Source of the DNA: an uncultured Gemmatimonadaceae bacterium
Lineage (GTDB): Bacteria; Gemmatimonadota; Gemmatimonadetes; Gemmatimonadales; GWC2-71-9
DNA: 64,000 nt
Direction: 5' to 3'
Assembly: GCA_964557115.1 (NCBI GenBank)
Contig: CAZKYO010000015.1
Coordinates: forward strand, 1,063-65,062
The notes below the pieces were generated by a model that ran no database searches, had not been told where the DNA came from, and saw nothing but the letters and a program-made list of their open reading frames with translations. Position numbers and translations under genes: made by a program. Of this stretch, positions 36,307 to 44,488 are shown piece after piece. Positions within the stretch are counted from its first letter, which is position 1. Each line of letters starts with the position of its first letter.

Positions 36307-37577
36307 GCCACCACTTCGACGGCACGGCGGTCTCTGCCCGGCTCGCCGACAAGAGCATCCAGGGCGACTACAAGATCTTCGTGCCGATCGGCGCGGTGCT
36401 CGCGCTTGCGGGGCTGGCACTCTTCGTCATCGCCCTGATGGGCGACGGCTCCCATCGCGCCTGGCAGAACTTCCACGTCAACTGGCTGTTCTGGACCGGC
36501 CTCACCGCCGGATCGATCGCGATCACCGCCGTCTACAAGGTCGCCAACGCCAAGTGGAGCGGCGTGATCCTGCGCTTCTCCCAGGCGGTCTCGGCGATGA
36601 TCCCGGTCACGCTCGTCGGCCTGGTCTTGACGCTGACGCTGGGCTACGACGACGTGTTCGGCCACATGCAGGAGGAGCTGCACACGCTCTCCCCCGGCAA
36701 GCAGCTCTGGCTCTCGCGCCCCTGGATGAGCGCCCGCCTGCTGCTCGGCCTCGGCCTGCTCTACGCCATCGGGATGGCGCTGATCCGCTGCGACCTGCTG
36801 CCCGACCTCGCCCTGGTGCGCGACAAGGTCACCGGTGCCCGCAAGGCCCGCTACGACCGCATGCTGCAGCGGTTCGACCCGGCCGCGACCCTGACGCGGA
36901 CCTACCGCCTCGCCCCGATCTACGCCGTCACCTATGCCCTGGTGATGACGATCGTCGCCTTCGACGGGATCATGGCGCTCCAGCCGCACTGGTTCAGCAA
37001 CCTCTTCGGCGGCTCGTTCTTCATGGCCTCGTTCCTCGGTGGCCACACCCTGCTGGCATTGCTGATCCTGCACGGCACCAGGGCCGTCGGCCTGGAGGAA
37101 TACGTCACTCCCAAGCAGCGGCACGACCTCGGCAAGATGATCTTCGGCTTCACCGTGTTCTGGACCTACCTGATGTGGGCCCAGTTCCTGGTGATCTGGT
37201 ACGGCAACATGCCCGAGGAGACCGGCTTCATCTTCGCGCGGCTCTGGGGCCCGTGGCGGCCGATCGGCGGTGCCGTGTTCCTGGGGATGTTCGTGGTGCC
37301 GTTCGCCGGGCTGCTCTCGGTCGGGGCCAAGAAGACCCGCTTCACGCTGGGGCTGTTCACCGCGATCTCCCTCACCGCCCTCTGGCTCGAGCGCTACCTG
37401 ATGGTGACGCCGACGGTCACGCCGGAGGCCGGGCCGGTCTTCGGCCTTCCCGAGGCGGGACCGACGCTGCTCTTCGCGGGCCTGTTCTTCCTGAGCTACG
37501 CCTGGTTCACGAGGACCTACCCGATGGTGTCGCCCCGGATGTCGCTGATCACGCTGGAGCGCGAGGCGAGCCACTAG
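36303..37577 (+). CDS. actF: Alternative Complex III subunit ActF (second NrfD-like membrane subunit)
   Basis: GTG at 36303 forms a GTGA overlap. Polytopic membrane protein paralogous in style to ActC. Confidence 0.75.
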   Translation: MSHHFDGTAVSARLADKSIQGDYKIFVPIGAVLALAGLALFVIALMGDGSHRAWQNFHVNWLFWTGLTAGSIAITAVYKVANAKWSGVILRFSQAVSAMIPVTLVGLVLTLTLGYDDVFGHMQEELHTLSPGKQLWLSRPWMSARLLLGLGLLYAIGMALIRCDLLPDLALVRDKVTGARKARYDRMLQRFDPAATLTRTYRLAPIYAVTYALVMTIVAFDGIMALQPHWFSNLFGGSFFMASFLGGHTLLALLILHGTRAVGLEEYVTPKQRHDLGKMIFGFTVFWTYLMWAQFLVIWYGNMPEETGFIFARLWGPWRPIGGAVFLGMFVVPFAGLLSVGAKKTRFTLGLFTAISLTALWLERYLMVTPTVTPEAGPVFGLPEAGPTLLFAGLFFLSYAWFTRTYPMVSPRMSLITLEREASH

Positions 37578-37580
37578 CAG

Positions 37581-37690
37581 GCGAGAAGAGAGAAAGAGGG
37601 AAGAGAAAGCGCAGAGGCCGGCCCCGAATATCGGGCGCCGGCCTCTCTTCTTGTTCTCCGTCCTCCGCTCCCTGTTCCCTCTTCCCTCGC
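37581..37690. repeat. Heptad-periodic GA-rich arm / CT-rich arm inverted repeat with a strong GC core hairpin (37613-37646), between convergent genes
   Basis: GAGAAGA GAGAAAG AGGGAAG AGAAAGC ... core AGAGGCCGGCCCCGA-ATA-TCGGGCGCCGGCCTCT (15 bp, one bulge) ... CTGTTCC CTCTTCC CTCGCC. Confidence 0.75.
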
Positions 37691-38650
37691 CTACTCCACC
37701 CGCAGCCGGCTGCCGGCCAGCGCCTCGAGGGAGTCGATCGGCAGGTAGCCGGCGACGGTGACCATCCGCACGGTCCGAATCGGGCTGGCATCGGTGCCGA
37801 CGTAGTCGGGGCGGGCGCGGCGGGCGGCGGCGAGGGTGAGGCCGCTCGCCTCGAGCATCTCGGTGACCGGCCCGATCTCGTCGGTCGAGCCCTCGACGAC
37901 CCAGACGGCGCGTCCATCGGGGAGGACCTGTCGCACCATCGCCGTCGGGCGGCCGCCCTGCCGGCTCGGCTGCAGGCGGACGGCGTTGACCGGGATCCCG
38001 TCGAGGTGCGCGATGGTGCCGGCGGTCTCGCGGGCCTGCTGCATCGAGGTGGTCTGCCAGCTGGCGCCGCCGTTGCCGGGATCGACCTCGACCATCGGGT
38101 CGACCATCCGGAGCCTCGCGCCGCCGCCGTCGCTCACCTGGTTCACCGTCATCACCCGCGGGGCCATCGTGGCGCGCGAGGCGAGCGTGAGGGTGCGCGC
38201 GGTGGCCGAACGCCGCGCCGCGGCGGCGCCGCCGACGGGCAGCAGGGCCGCCTCGCGCTCCACCGGCGCGACGACGCGGGCGAGGATCGCCGGGGCGACG
38301 AAGGCACTGGCGAGCACCGGGCCGCCGGTCGCATCCGTGGCGCCGCGGTTCATCGTCAGGGTGGTGACGGCAAGGATCAGCCCCGCCGCGACCGCCGCCG
38401 CCGGGCCGAGGCGTCGACGGCGCGGTGTCGCGGCCGGGAGCTCGAGTCCCCGGATGCTGCGGGGCGACGCCAGGGCGAGCAGGTCGCGGCTGCGGGACTG
38501 CAGCGCCCGCACCTCTGCCTCGAGCGCGCGGCAGATGAGGCACGCCAGCAGGTGCTCGGCGATCTCCGCGCGCTGGACACGCGAGAGCTCGCCGTCGAGG
38601 TAGGCGTGGAGTTCCTCTTCAGGAAGATGCGGCCGCACGCTGCTCCTCAC
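37691..38650 (-). CDS. Anti-sigma factor (zf-HC2 type) with a single TM helix and a periplasmic domain
   Basis: N-terminal LHAYLDGELS...HLLACLICRALEAE zinc-finger anti-sigma motif, TM segment AAAVAAGLILAVTTL. Overlaps the sigma gene 3' end (start uncertain, 38638-38650). Confidence 0.65.
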   Translation of the reverse strand: MRSSVRPHLPEEELHAYLDGELSRVQRAEIAEHLLACLICRALEAEVRALQSRSRDLLALASPRSIRGLELPAATPRRRRLGPAAAVAAGLILAVTTLTMNRGATDATGGPVLASAFVAPAILARVVAPVEREAALLPVGGAAAARRSATARTLTLASRATMAPRVMTVNQVSDGGGARLRMVDPMVEVDPGNGGASWQTTSMQQARETAGTIAHLDGIPVNAVRLQPSRQGGRPTAMVRQVLPDGRAVWVVEGSTDEIGPVTEMLEASGLTLAAARRARPDYVGTDASPIRTVRMVTVAGYLPIDSLEALAGSRLRVE

Positions 38651-39143
38651 GCTGCTGCTCCATCAGGTCATGCGCGGCGACGAGCCGCTTGCGGGCCCGC
38701 GCCAGGGTGGTGCCGACCGCGCCGACGGCGAGGCCGGTCTGCTCGGCGATCTCCGGGTACGAGAGGCCGGCGTCCCACAGCAGCAGGACCTCGCGATCAC
38801 GCGGCGTCAGGGTCGCCAGGGCCCGCTTGACTTCCGCCTCCCGTTCCTCGTGCTCGAGATCGTCCTGCACGTCGGACAGGGGCGACGGCGACGCGATCGG
38901 CTCGTGGGTGAGGAGGGTCAGGTGCTTGCGTCGGCGGATCGCCGAACGGGCCTCGTCGCGGGCGATGTTCGCCGCCACGGCGAAGACCCAGGACCGCGGC
39001 TTCTCGGGCTGGTGCTGCAGCGCCCGCATGAAGACCTCCTGCGCAAGATCCTCGGCGCGATCGGCATCCCAGACCTTGCGGTACAGGAAGCGGACGACCG
39101 CGTCATACGTCGTCTTGTAGAGGTCTTCGAGGTCAAACGCCAT
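38619..39143 (-). CDS. ECF (group 4) RNA polymerase sigma-70 factor
   Basis: Region 2 (DAEDLAQEVFMRAL) and region 4 HTH (LSYPEIAEQTGLAVGAVGTTLARARKRL). Confidence 0.85.
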   Translation of the reverse strand: MAFDLEDLYKTTYDAVVRFLYRKVWDADRAEDLAQEVFMRALQHQPEKPRSWVFAVAANIARDEARSAIRRRKHLTLLTHEPIASPSPLSDVQDDLEHEEREAEVKRALATLTPRDREVLLLWDAGLSYPEIAEQTGLAVGAVGTTLARARKRLVAAHDLMEQQREEQRAAASS

Positions 39144-39233
39144 CTGCCCTCCAAGGCAGGGGTGCGTCGGTCTGGAGACGCACGGGGCGGGCCGGAGTGC
39201 ACACGACGCCGCAACTCCCTGCCATGCAACGAC

Positions 39234-40076
39234 TTAGAGCGGTATCCGCCGGTTCCGGAAGGCACACCCCGGATGCAGACCTGTCCTCTTTTCTGGCCAC
39301 TTTGAACACAATTCCGGCTTCGCCGGACGGCCGTCGTCGCGCGTCCTCCCGTGCAGGCCGCAATGAAGGCCGTCCTCCAGCAGGTAGGCGCAGGCCGAGA
39401 GGATCTCGGCGTTGACCACCGTGGCGTCGTCGTCCTCGCGCTCGACCTTGCAGAGGTAGGGCGACTGCCGGTGCCGGAGGAGTGCCTCGAGCAGCTCCTG
39501 CTCCTCGGTACACCGGATCTCCACCTGGAGGTCCCGACAGCAGGCGGCCCCGCGGCGATTGTCGGCGGTGCGGCAGGGCGCCTTGGCGCACGGATTGGCG
39601 TCCGGGGCGGGAGGATGGACCGGCAGCGCACGGTGCCGCGTCGGCGGGGCAAGCGGCAGTCGCCGGGTCACCAACCGGCGGCGCTCCATCAACCGGAAGC
39701 GATCGCCCCCGAGCCGCCGCGGCTGTTCGGTCCGCTCGACGTCCGGCACGCGCCCGGTGAAGCCGTGCGCCCGGCAGCGCACCGACCCGTCGGGGCGCGC
39801 CTGGAGGTGCCGGCAGGGCACGTGCACCCGGGTCTCCGCCCACAGCTCGTCGTGCTCCTCGAAGAGCCTTCCGAACTCGATCCGCTCGACGTGCCCGAGG
39901 AGCCAGGTGCCGTCGTGATCCTCCTGGCCCTCGAGGACCGCGACGCGCATGGTGACGTCGAGGGCGCGGCATTGGCGGCCGAGCTTGCGGCAATCGGGAG
40001 GCGACATCGGGGTCCGGGCGAGGGGTTGGGGATCGGGAACCGGCCTCAAGGTAGCAGCGGCCGGCGGAACCGTCAT
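39234..40076 (-). CDS. Cysteine-rich protein, YkgJ/UPF0153-like (CxxCxxCC-type Zn/Fe-chelating domain)
   Basis: ATG at 40076 forms an ATGA overlap with the PAP2 stop. About 16 Cys, including C-x4-C-x9-ACC and CAYLLEDGLHCGLHG...P..C..WP, reminiscent of PF03692-type cysteine-cluster proteins. Confidence 0.45.
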   Translation of the reverse strand: MTVPPAAATLRPVPDPQPLARTPMSPPDCRKLGRQCRALDVTMRVAVLEGQEDHDGTWLLGHVERIEFGRLFEEHDELWAETRVHVPCRHLQARPDGSVRCRAHGFTGRVPDVERTEQPRRLGGDRFRLMERRRLVTRRLPLAPPTRHRALPVHPPAPDANPCAKAPCRTADNRRGAACCRDLQVEIRCTEEQELLEALLRHRQSPYLCKVEREDDDATVVNAEILSACAYLLEDGLHCGLHGRTRDDGRPAKPELCSKWPEKRTGLHPGCAFRNRRIPL

Positions 40077-40927
40077 CCCGTGGTGCGGTCCGGGCGGGGC
40101 TGCACGCGCGCGAGCGCCAGCGGCACCGCGACGCCGACTGCCAGTCCGGCCGCCGAGTCGACGACGTAGTGCATCTGGCAGTAGACCACGCCGACGGCGA
40201 GGAGGGCCGTCGGAATGGCGAGCAGCAGCCCGAGGCGCGGGATGGCGAGCCAGGCACCGATCGTCGCCGCGACGGTGGCCGCGACGTGCGAGGACGGGAA
40301 CGCCGCGCCGTAGGCGCTGCCGCCGGCCAAGGCGCCGTAGACCATCCTGGCGGGCAGGTTGGCCACGAACGGGCCGGTCGGACGCGGGAACTCGTAGTAC
40401 GGCCCCGCCACCGGGTACAGCACGTACACGAGGTAGCAGCAGAGGAATGTCCCGATCACGCCCGCGAGGTAGCGCTCGATGTCGGCGTGCCGGTGTCGGG
40501 CCAGCAGCACGAGCACGGGAAGCGGCACGATCAGGTAGTAGGAGAAGTAGACCGCGTGGAGCACGGTCGACCAGAAGGCCGAGGGGGACGCGCGCCACCA
40601 GTCGCGCGAGGGCTGCATCCCGAACAGGGCCTGCTCGACGGCGAGGAGGCCGCCGTCGTGGGTCGTCGCGGCCCCGAACCCGTTCAGGGCGTCGATCGCC
40701 GAGTAGAGACCGGCGAGGAGCATCACGGGATACGCGGCATGGAGGAACCGGCCGAACCCCCGGTCGGGGAGGCGGGTCGCCAGCCACGCGAGCAGCGGCA
40801 GCAGCGCGTGGGCCAGGGCGAGCGGCACCATGCCCCGCTGGTCGAGCCGGGTGAGCGCGATCACCGCGATCACGACGCCGTAACCGGCGATCATCCGGTC
40901 GACGAGCCGCCACGGATGGCGGTTCAC
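40073..40927 (-). CDS. PAP2-superfamily membrane protein (Aur1/IPC-synthase-like, PAP2_3-type)
   Basis: GTG at 40927 forms a GTGA overlap with the upstream stop. 6-7 TM helices. C2/C3 phosphatase motifs FPSSHVAA and MHYVVD. Confidence 0.7.
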   Translation of the reverse strand: MNRHPWRLVDRMIAGYGVVIAVIALTRLDQRGMVPLALAHALLPLLAWLATRLPDRGFGRFLHAAYPVMLLAGLYSAIDALNGFGAATTHDGGLLAVEQALFGMQPSRDWWRASPSAFWSTVLHAVYFSYYLIVPLPVLVLLARHRHADIERYLAGVIGTFLCCYLVYVLYPVAGPYYEFPRPTGPFVANLPARMVYGALAGGSAYGAAFPSSHVAATVAATIGAWLAIPRLGLLLAIPTALLAVGVVYCQMHYVVDSAAGLAVGVAVPLALARVQPRPDRTTG

Positions 40928-41898
40928 AGCAGGCCCTCGCCGTGATACCAGGCGGCGGCGTCGGCGAGGCCCGTCGCGAGGTCCCAGGCCGGTTGCCACC
41001 CGGTGTCGCGGATGAAGGCGGTGGGATCGCCGGTCCAGGCGGGCGCGAGGAATTCGTTCACCTTGTCGCCCTGCAGGATCGTCTTCTTGCCGGTGAGCGC
41101 GGCGAGTCGGCCGCTCACCGCCACCGCGCCGCGCGCCACCCAGGGTGGCAGCGGGAACACCCGCACGTCGCGGCCCACCGCGCGCCCCACGGCCCGCGCG
41201 AACTCGGCGCTCGTCACGACCTCGGGATGATTGACGTAGTAGGTCCGGCCGATCGTGGCCGGCGCGGTGGCGGCCGCCACGCAGGCGGCAGCGAGGTCGG
41301 CGGCATGGACGAGCGAGAGCTCCTGCGTGCCATCGCCGAAGACCGGGGCGAGACCGAGTCGTCGCGCGGCGCGGAACACGGGGAGGAAGCCGTCGAGGTC
41401 GCGCGGACCGTACACCGCGGGCGGTCGCAGGATCGTCCACGGGACGGTCGCATCGCGCACCACCGCCTCGGCGGCCAGCTTGCTGCGGCCATACATCGTC
41501 ACCGGGTGGTCGGCCTCGTCGCCGCTGCGCGGCGCGCCCTTGGCGGCCGGGCCGCCGGCGGCGCCCGAGGACAGCAGCACCAGGCGCTCGACCCCGGCGT
41601 GTTCGGCGGCCTCGACGACGTTGGCGGTGCCGTCCCGGTTGGCCGCGAGGAAGACGGCGTCACTCGGCGCGCCGGTGACGGCAGCGGCATGGATCACGAC
41701 CCGCCGGCCCTCGGTGGCGTCGCGGAGGGCGTCGCGCGCGGCCAGGTCGCCCTCGACCAGCCGCACGCCCCGGGCGGCGAGCGGCGCGGCGCGCGCGGGC
41801 GAGCGCACCAGCGCGGTCACCTCGTCGCCGCGGGCCAGCAGGTTGTCGATGAGGTGCGACCCGACGAAGCCGGTCGCCCCTGTGACCAGCACCTTCAT
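40924..41898 (-). CDS. NAD-dependent epimerase/dehydratase-family (extended SDR) reductase; candidate ceramide/3-keto reductase
   Basis: MKVLVTGATGFVGSHL Rossmann motif and the YGRSK catalytic Y-x3-K. ATGA overlap with the upstream gene. Confidence 0.8.
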   Translation of the reverse strand: MKVLVTGATGFVGSHLIDNLLARGDEVTALVRSPARAAPLAARGVRLVEGDLAARDALRDATEGRRVVIHAAAVTGAPSDAVFLAANRDGTANVVEAAEHAGVERLVLLSSGAAGGPAAKGAPRSGDEADHPVTMYGRSKLAAEAVVRDATVPWTILRPPAVYGPRDLDGFLPVFRAARRLGLAPVFGDGTQELSLVHAADLAAACVAAATAPATIGRTYYVNHPEVVTSAEFARAVGRAVGRDVRVFPLPPWVARGAVAVSGRLAALTGKKTILQGDKVNEFLAPAWTGDPTAFIRDTGWQPAWDLATGLADAAAWYHGEGLL

Positions 41899-43019
41899 GC
41901 CGGCCGGTCGAGGACCCGGTAGGTCTTGTACGGCGTGAAGTTCGCCTTGGAGAGGCCCTGGATGATGCCGGCGTTGTCCTCCAGCAGCCAGCCGGCCTCG
42001 CCCCAGCCGATGCCGATCTCGGCCGCCTTGCTCCAGATCCAGTGGTAGAGCGCCGCGTCGATGCCGCGGCCGCGCCACTCGGGCAGGATGCCGAGGAGGA
42101 GGACGCGGGCGCGGGTGATCCGCCGGGTCTTGAGCTTCCAGAGCATCGTGAGCGCGGCGGGGAACATCGCGCCGCCGCGGTTGTTCCGCAGCGCCTCGTT
42201 GAGGTCGGGGAGGGCGAGGCCGAAGGCGATCGGGGTGCCGTCCTCCTGCTCCACGAACGGCACGATGCGCGGGATGACGACCGGGCGGAACTGCTTCGCG
42301 AGGTTGTCGATCTCCGCGTCGGTCATCGGCACGAAGCCCCAGTTCTTCTCCCAGCAGGCGTTGTAGAGCCGCTTGACGAGCTCGACCTCCTCGGTGAACC
42401 GGCGCATGTCGAGCGGGCGCATCCGCAGCCGGTATCGCTTCATGATCAGGTCGACGGCGCGCGCGGTCCGCTCGGGCGGGGTCACCGGGGCCGCGAGCGA
42501 GCCGCCCTGCAGGCAGACCAGGTCCTTCGCCTTGGTGAAGCCGGCCGCCTCGAGCAGCGTGAGGTACCAGGGCGGGTTGTGCGGCATCATCAGCGTGTTC
42601 GGCGTGTCGAACCCGTCGATGAGCAGGCCGCACTCGTCGTTGGTGCTGAAGGACATCGGGCCGCGGAGGACGTCGAGCCCGCGCTCCCGGATCCAGGCGG
42701 CGGCGGTGTCGAGCAGCGGCGCCGCGACGGTGAAGTCGTTGACGCACTCGAAGAAGCCGAAGAAGCCGACCCGGTCCTCGTGGACCTCGTTGTGCAGCCG
42801 GTTGTGGATCGCGGCGATGCGCCCGACCACCTGGCCGTCACGCTCGGCGAGGAAGTAGTCGGCCTCGGCATGGTCGAAGAACGGATTGGCGCGGCGGTCG
42901 AGGAGCTTGGCGACCTCCGCCTTGAACGGCGGGATCCAGTTGCGGTCCTCGCGGTGCAACCGGTAGGGGAGGTCGACGAACCGGGCGAGGTCCGCCCGGG
43001 ACTCGACGCGCCGGATCAC
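41895..43019 (-). CDS. GNAT-fold N-acyltransferase (about 374 aa); candidate bacterial ceramide synthase
   Basis: GTG at 43019, 14 nt after the Spt-like stop. C-terminal acyl-CoA N-acyltransferase-like segment LLGILPEWRGRGIDAALY. Position is between the Spt-like and SDR genes. Confidence 0.55.
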   Translation of the reverse strand: MIRRVESRADLARFVDLPYRLHREDRNWIPPFKAEVAKLLDRRANPFFDHAEADYFLAERDGQVVGRIAAIHNRLHNEVHEDRVGFFGFFECVNDFTVAAPLLDTAAAWIRERGLDVLRGPMSFSTNDECGLLIDGFDTPNTLMMPHNPPWYLTLLEAAGFTKAKDLVCLQGGSLAAPVTPPERTARAVDLIMKRYRLRMRPLDMRRFTEEVELVKRLYNACWEKNWGFVPMTDAEIDNLAKQFRPVVIPRIVPFVEQEDGTPIAFGLALPDLNEALRNNRGGAMFPAALTMLWKLKTRRITRARVLLLGILPEWRGRGIDAALYHWIWSKAAEIGIGWGEAGWLLEDNAGIIQGLSKANFTPYKTYRVLDRPA

Positions 43020-43033
43020 CGGCGCGCGTGCGG

Positions 43034-44242
43034 TCAGATGACCCCCAGCTCCTTGCCGATGCGGCCGAAGGCCTCGAGGGCGAAGTCGATCTGCTCGGCG
43101 GTGTGCGTGGCCATGACGCTGGTGCGCAGCCGGCACTGCGACGGCGGCACCGCGGGCGGCACGACCGGGTTGGTGAAGACGCCGGCATCGTAGAGCTTGC
43201 GCCAGAACACGAACGTCGTCTCCAGCGGCCCGATGAGCACCGGGACGATCGGCGTCTCGGTCGGCCCGATGTCGAAGCCGAGCGAGGTGAAGCCCTGCTG
43301 CAGCCGACGGGCGTTGGCCCAGAGCTGGTCGCGCCGCTCGGGCTCCTGCTGCATCACCTCGAGCGCCGCGAGGACGCCGGCGGTGTTGGCCGGCGGCAGC
43401 GAGGCGGTGAAGATGAACGGCCGCGACTTGTGCTTCAGGTAGTGGATCACCTGCTCCTCGCCGGCCACGAAGCCGCCGACCGAGGCGAGCGACTTCGAGA
43501 ACGTGCCGGCGATGATGTCCACCTCGTGCTGCAGGCCGAAGTGGGCGCCGGTGCCGTCGCCGCGGGGGCCGAGCACGCCGAGGGCGTGGGCGTCGTCGAC
43601 GGCGAGCGCCGCGCCGTGGCGACGGGCGAGCTTGACCAGCTCGGGCACGTCGGCGATGTCGCCTTCCATCGAGTAGACGCCGTCGACCACGATCAGGGTG
43701 CCCTTGCCGCTCGTGTTCCGCTCGAGCAGGCGGGCGAGGCCGTCGAGGTCGCCGTGGTTGAAGCGCTGCGTCTCGCCGAAGGCGAGCTTCGCGCCGTCGA
43801 CGATGCAGGCATGGTCGAGCTTGTCGAGGTAGACCGTCTCGCCGCGGCCGACCAGCCCCGAGATCATCCCGAGGTTCGCCCCGTAGCCGGTCGAGAAGAC
43901 GAGGCACGCCTCCTTGCCGAGGAACTCGGCGAGCGACGCCTCGAGCTTCTCGTGGAGGTCGAGCGAGCCGTTGAGGAAGCGCGACCCGGTGCACCCGGAG
44001 CCGTAGCGCTTGAGGGCCGAACCGGCCGCCTCGAGCACCTTCGGATGATGGGTCAGGCCGAGGTAGTTGTTCGAGCCCAGCATGATCCGCTGCTGGCCCT
44101 CGATGACGACCACCGTATCCTCGGACTCCGAGATCGGCTTGAAATAGGGATACAGGCCGGCGGCCTGGATCTCGCGCGCCTGAGTGAACTGACGGCACTT
44201 CTCGAAGAGTGCCACCGGAGTCTGGAGCGTCTCGATCGGCAC
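43034..44242 (-). CDS. spt: Alpha-oxoamine synthase, serine palmitoyltransferase-like (PLP-dependent)
   Basis: GLYPYFKPI, GSNNYLGL, GSGCTGSRFLNGS, FSTGYGANLG, VVDGVYSMEGD, DDAHALG, GTFSKSLASVGGF (PLP Lys) and FTASLPP. The C-terminus ...GKELGVI closely parallels Sphingomonas SPT as I remember it. The start is uncertain: GTG at 44242, or the ORF start at 44347. Confidence 0.75.
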   Translation of the reverse strand: MPIETLQTPVALFEKCRQFTQAREIQAAGLYPYFKPISESEDTVVVIEGQQRIMLGSNNYLGLTHHPKVLEAAGSALKRYGSGCTGSRFLNGSLDLHEKLEASLAEFLGKEACLVFSTGYGANLGMISGLVGRGETVYLDKLDHACIVDGAKLAFGETQRFNHGDLDGLARLLERNTSGKGTLIVVDGVYSMEGDIADVPELVKLARRHGAALAVDDAHALGVLGPRGDGTGAHFGLQHEVDIIAGTFSKSLASVGGFVAGEEQVIHYLKHKSRPFIFTASLPPANTAGVLAALEVMQQEPERRDQLWANARRLQQGFTSLGFDIGPTETPIVPVLIGPLETTFVFWRKLYDAGVFTNPVVPPAVPPSQCRLRTSVMATHTAEQIDFALEAFGRIGKELGVI

Positions 44243-44338
44243 GGGCCCTCGCGCAGCTCGGGGATGATCGGTGCCCACGGGGGACGGGGAGGTCTTGGCC
44301 AAGAGGAAAAGGTAGAAACCGCAACGGATTGACACAAG

Positions 44339-44358
44339 CTGAAACACCCTGAAACGCC
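44339..44358. promoter_or_regulatory. Tandem 10-bp direct repeat CTGAAACACC/CTGAAACGCC in the divergent spt/hemY intergenic region
   Basis: Seen directly. AAACACC is also inverted at 44373-44379 (GGTGTTT). The region is locally AT-richer, with TTGACA at 44329-44334. Confidence 0.3.
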
Positions 44359-44488
44359 ATTGTCACGATCGGGGTGTTTGACCCGAACTCCTTCACCAGC
44401 CTATCGTTGCACCGACCCGGACCAAGGTCGAGCCCCTCCCCGTGATCCGCTCCACCGCGTTCAAGTCTCCGAATCCAGCAGCCTGCCG

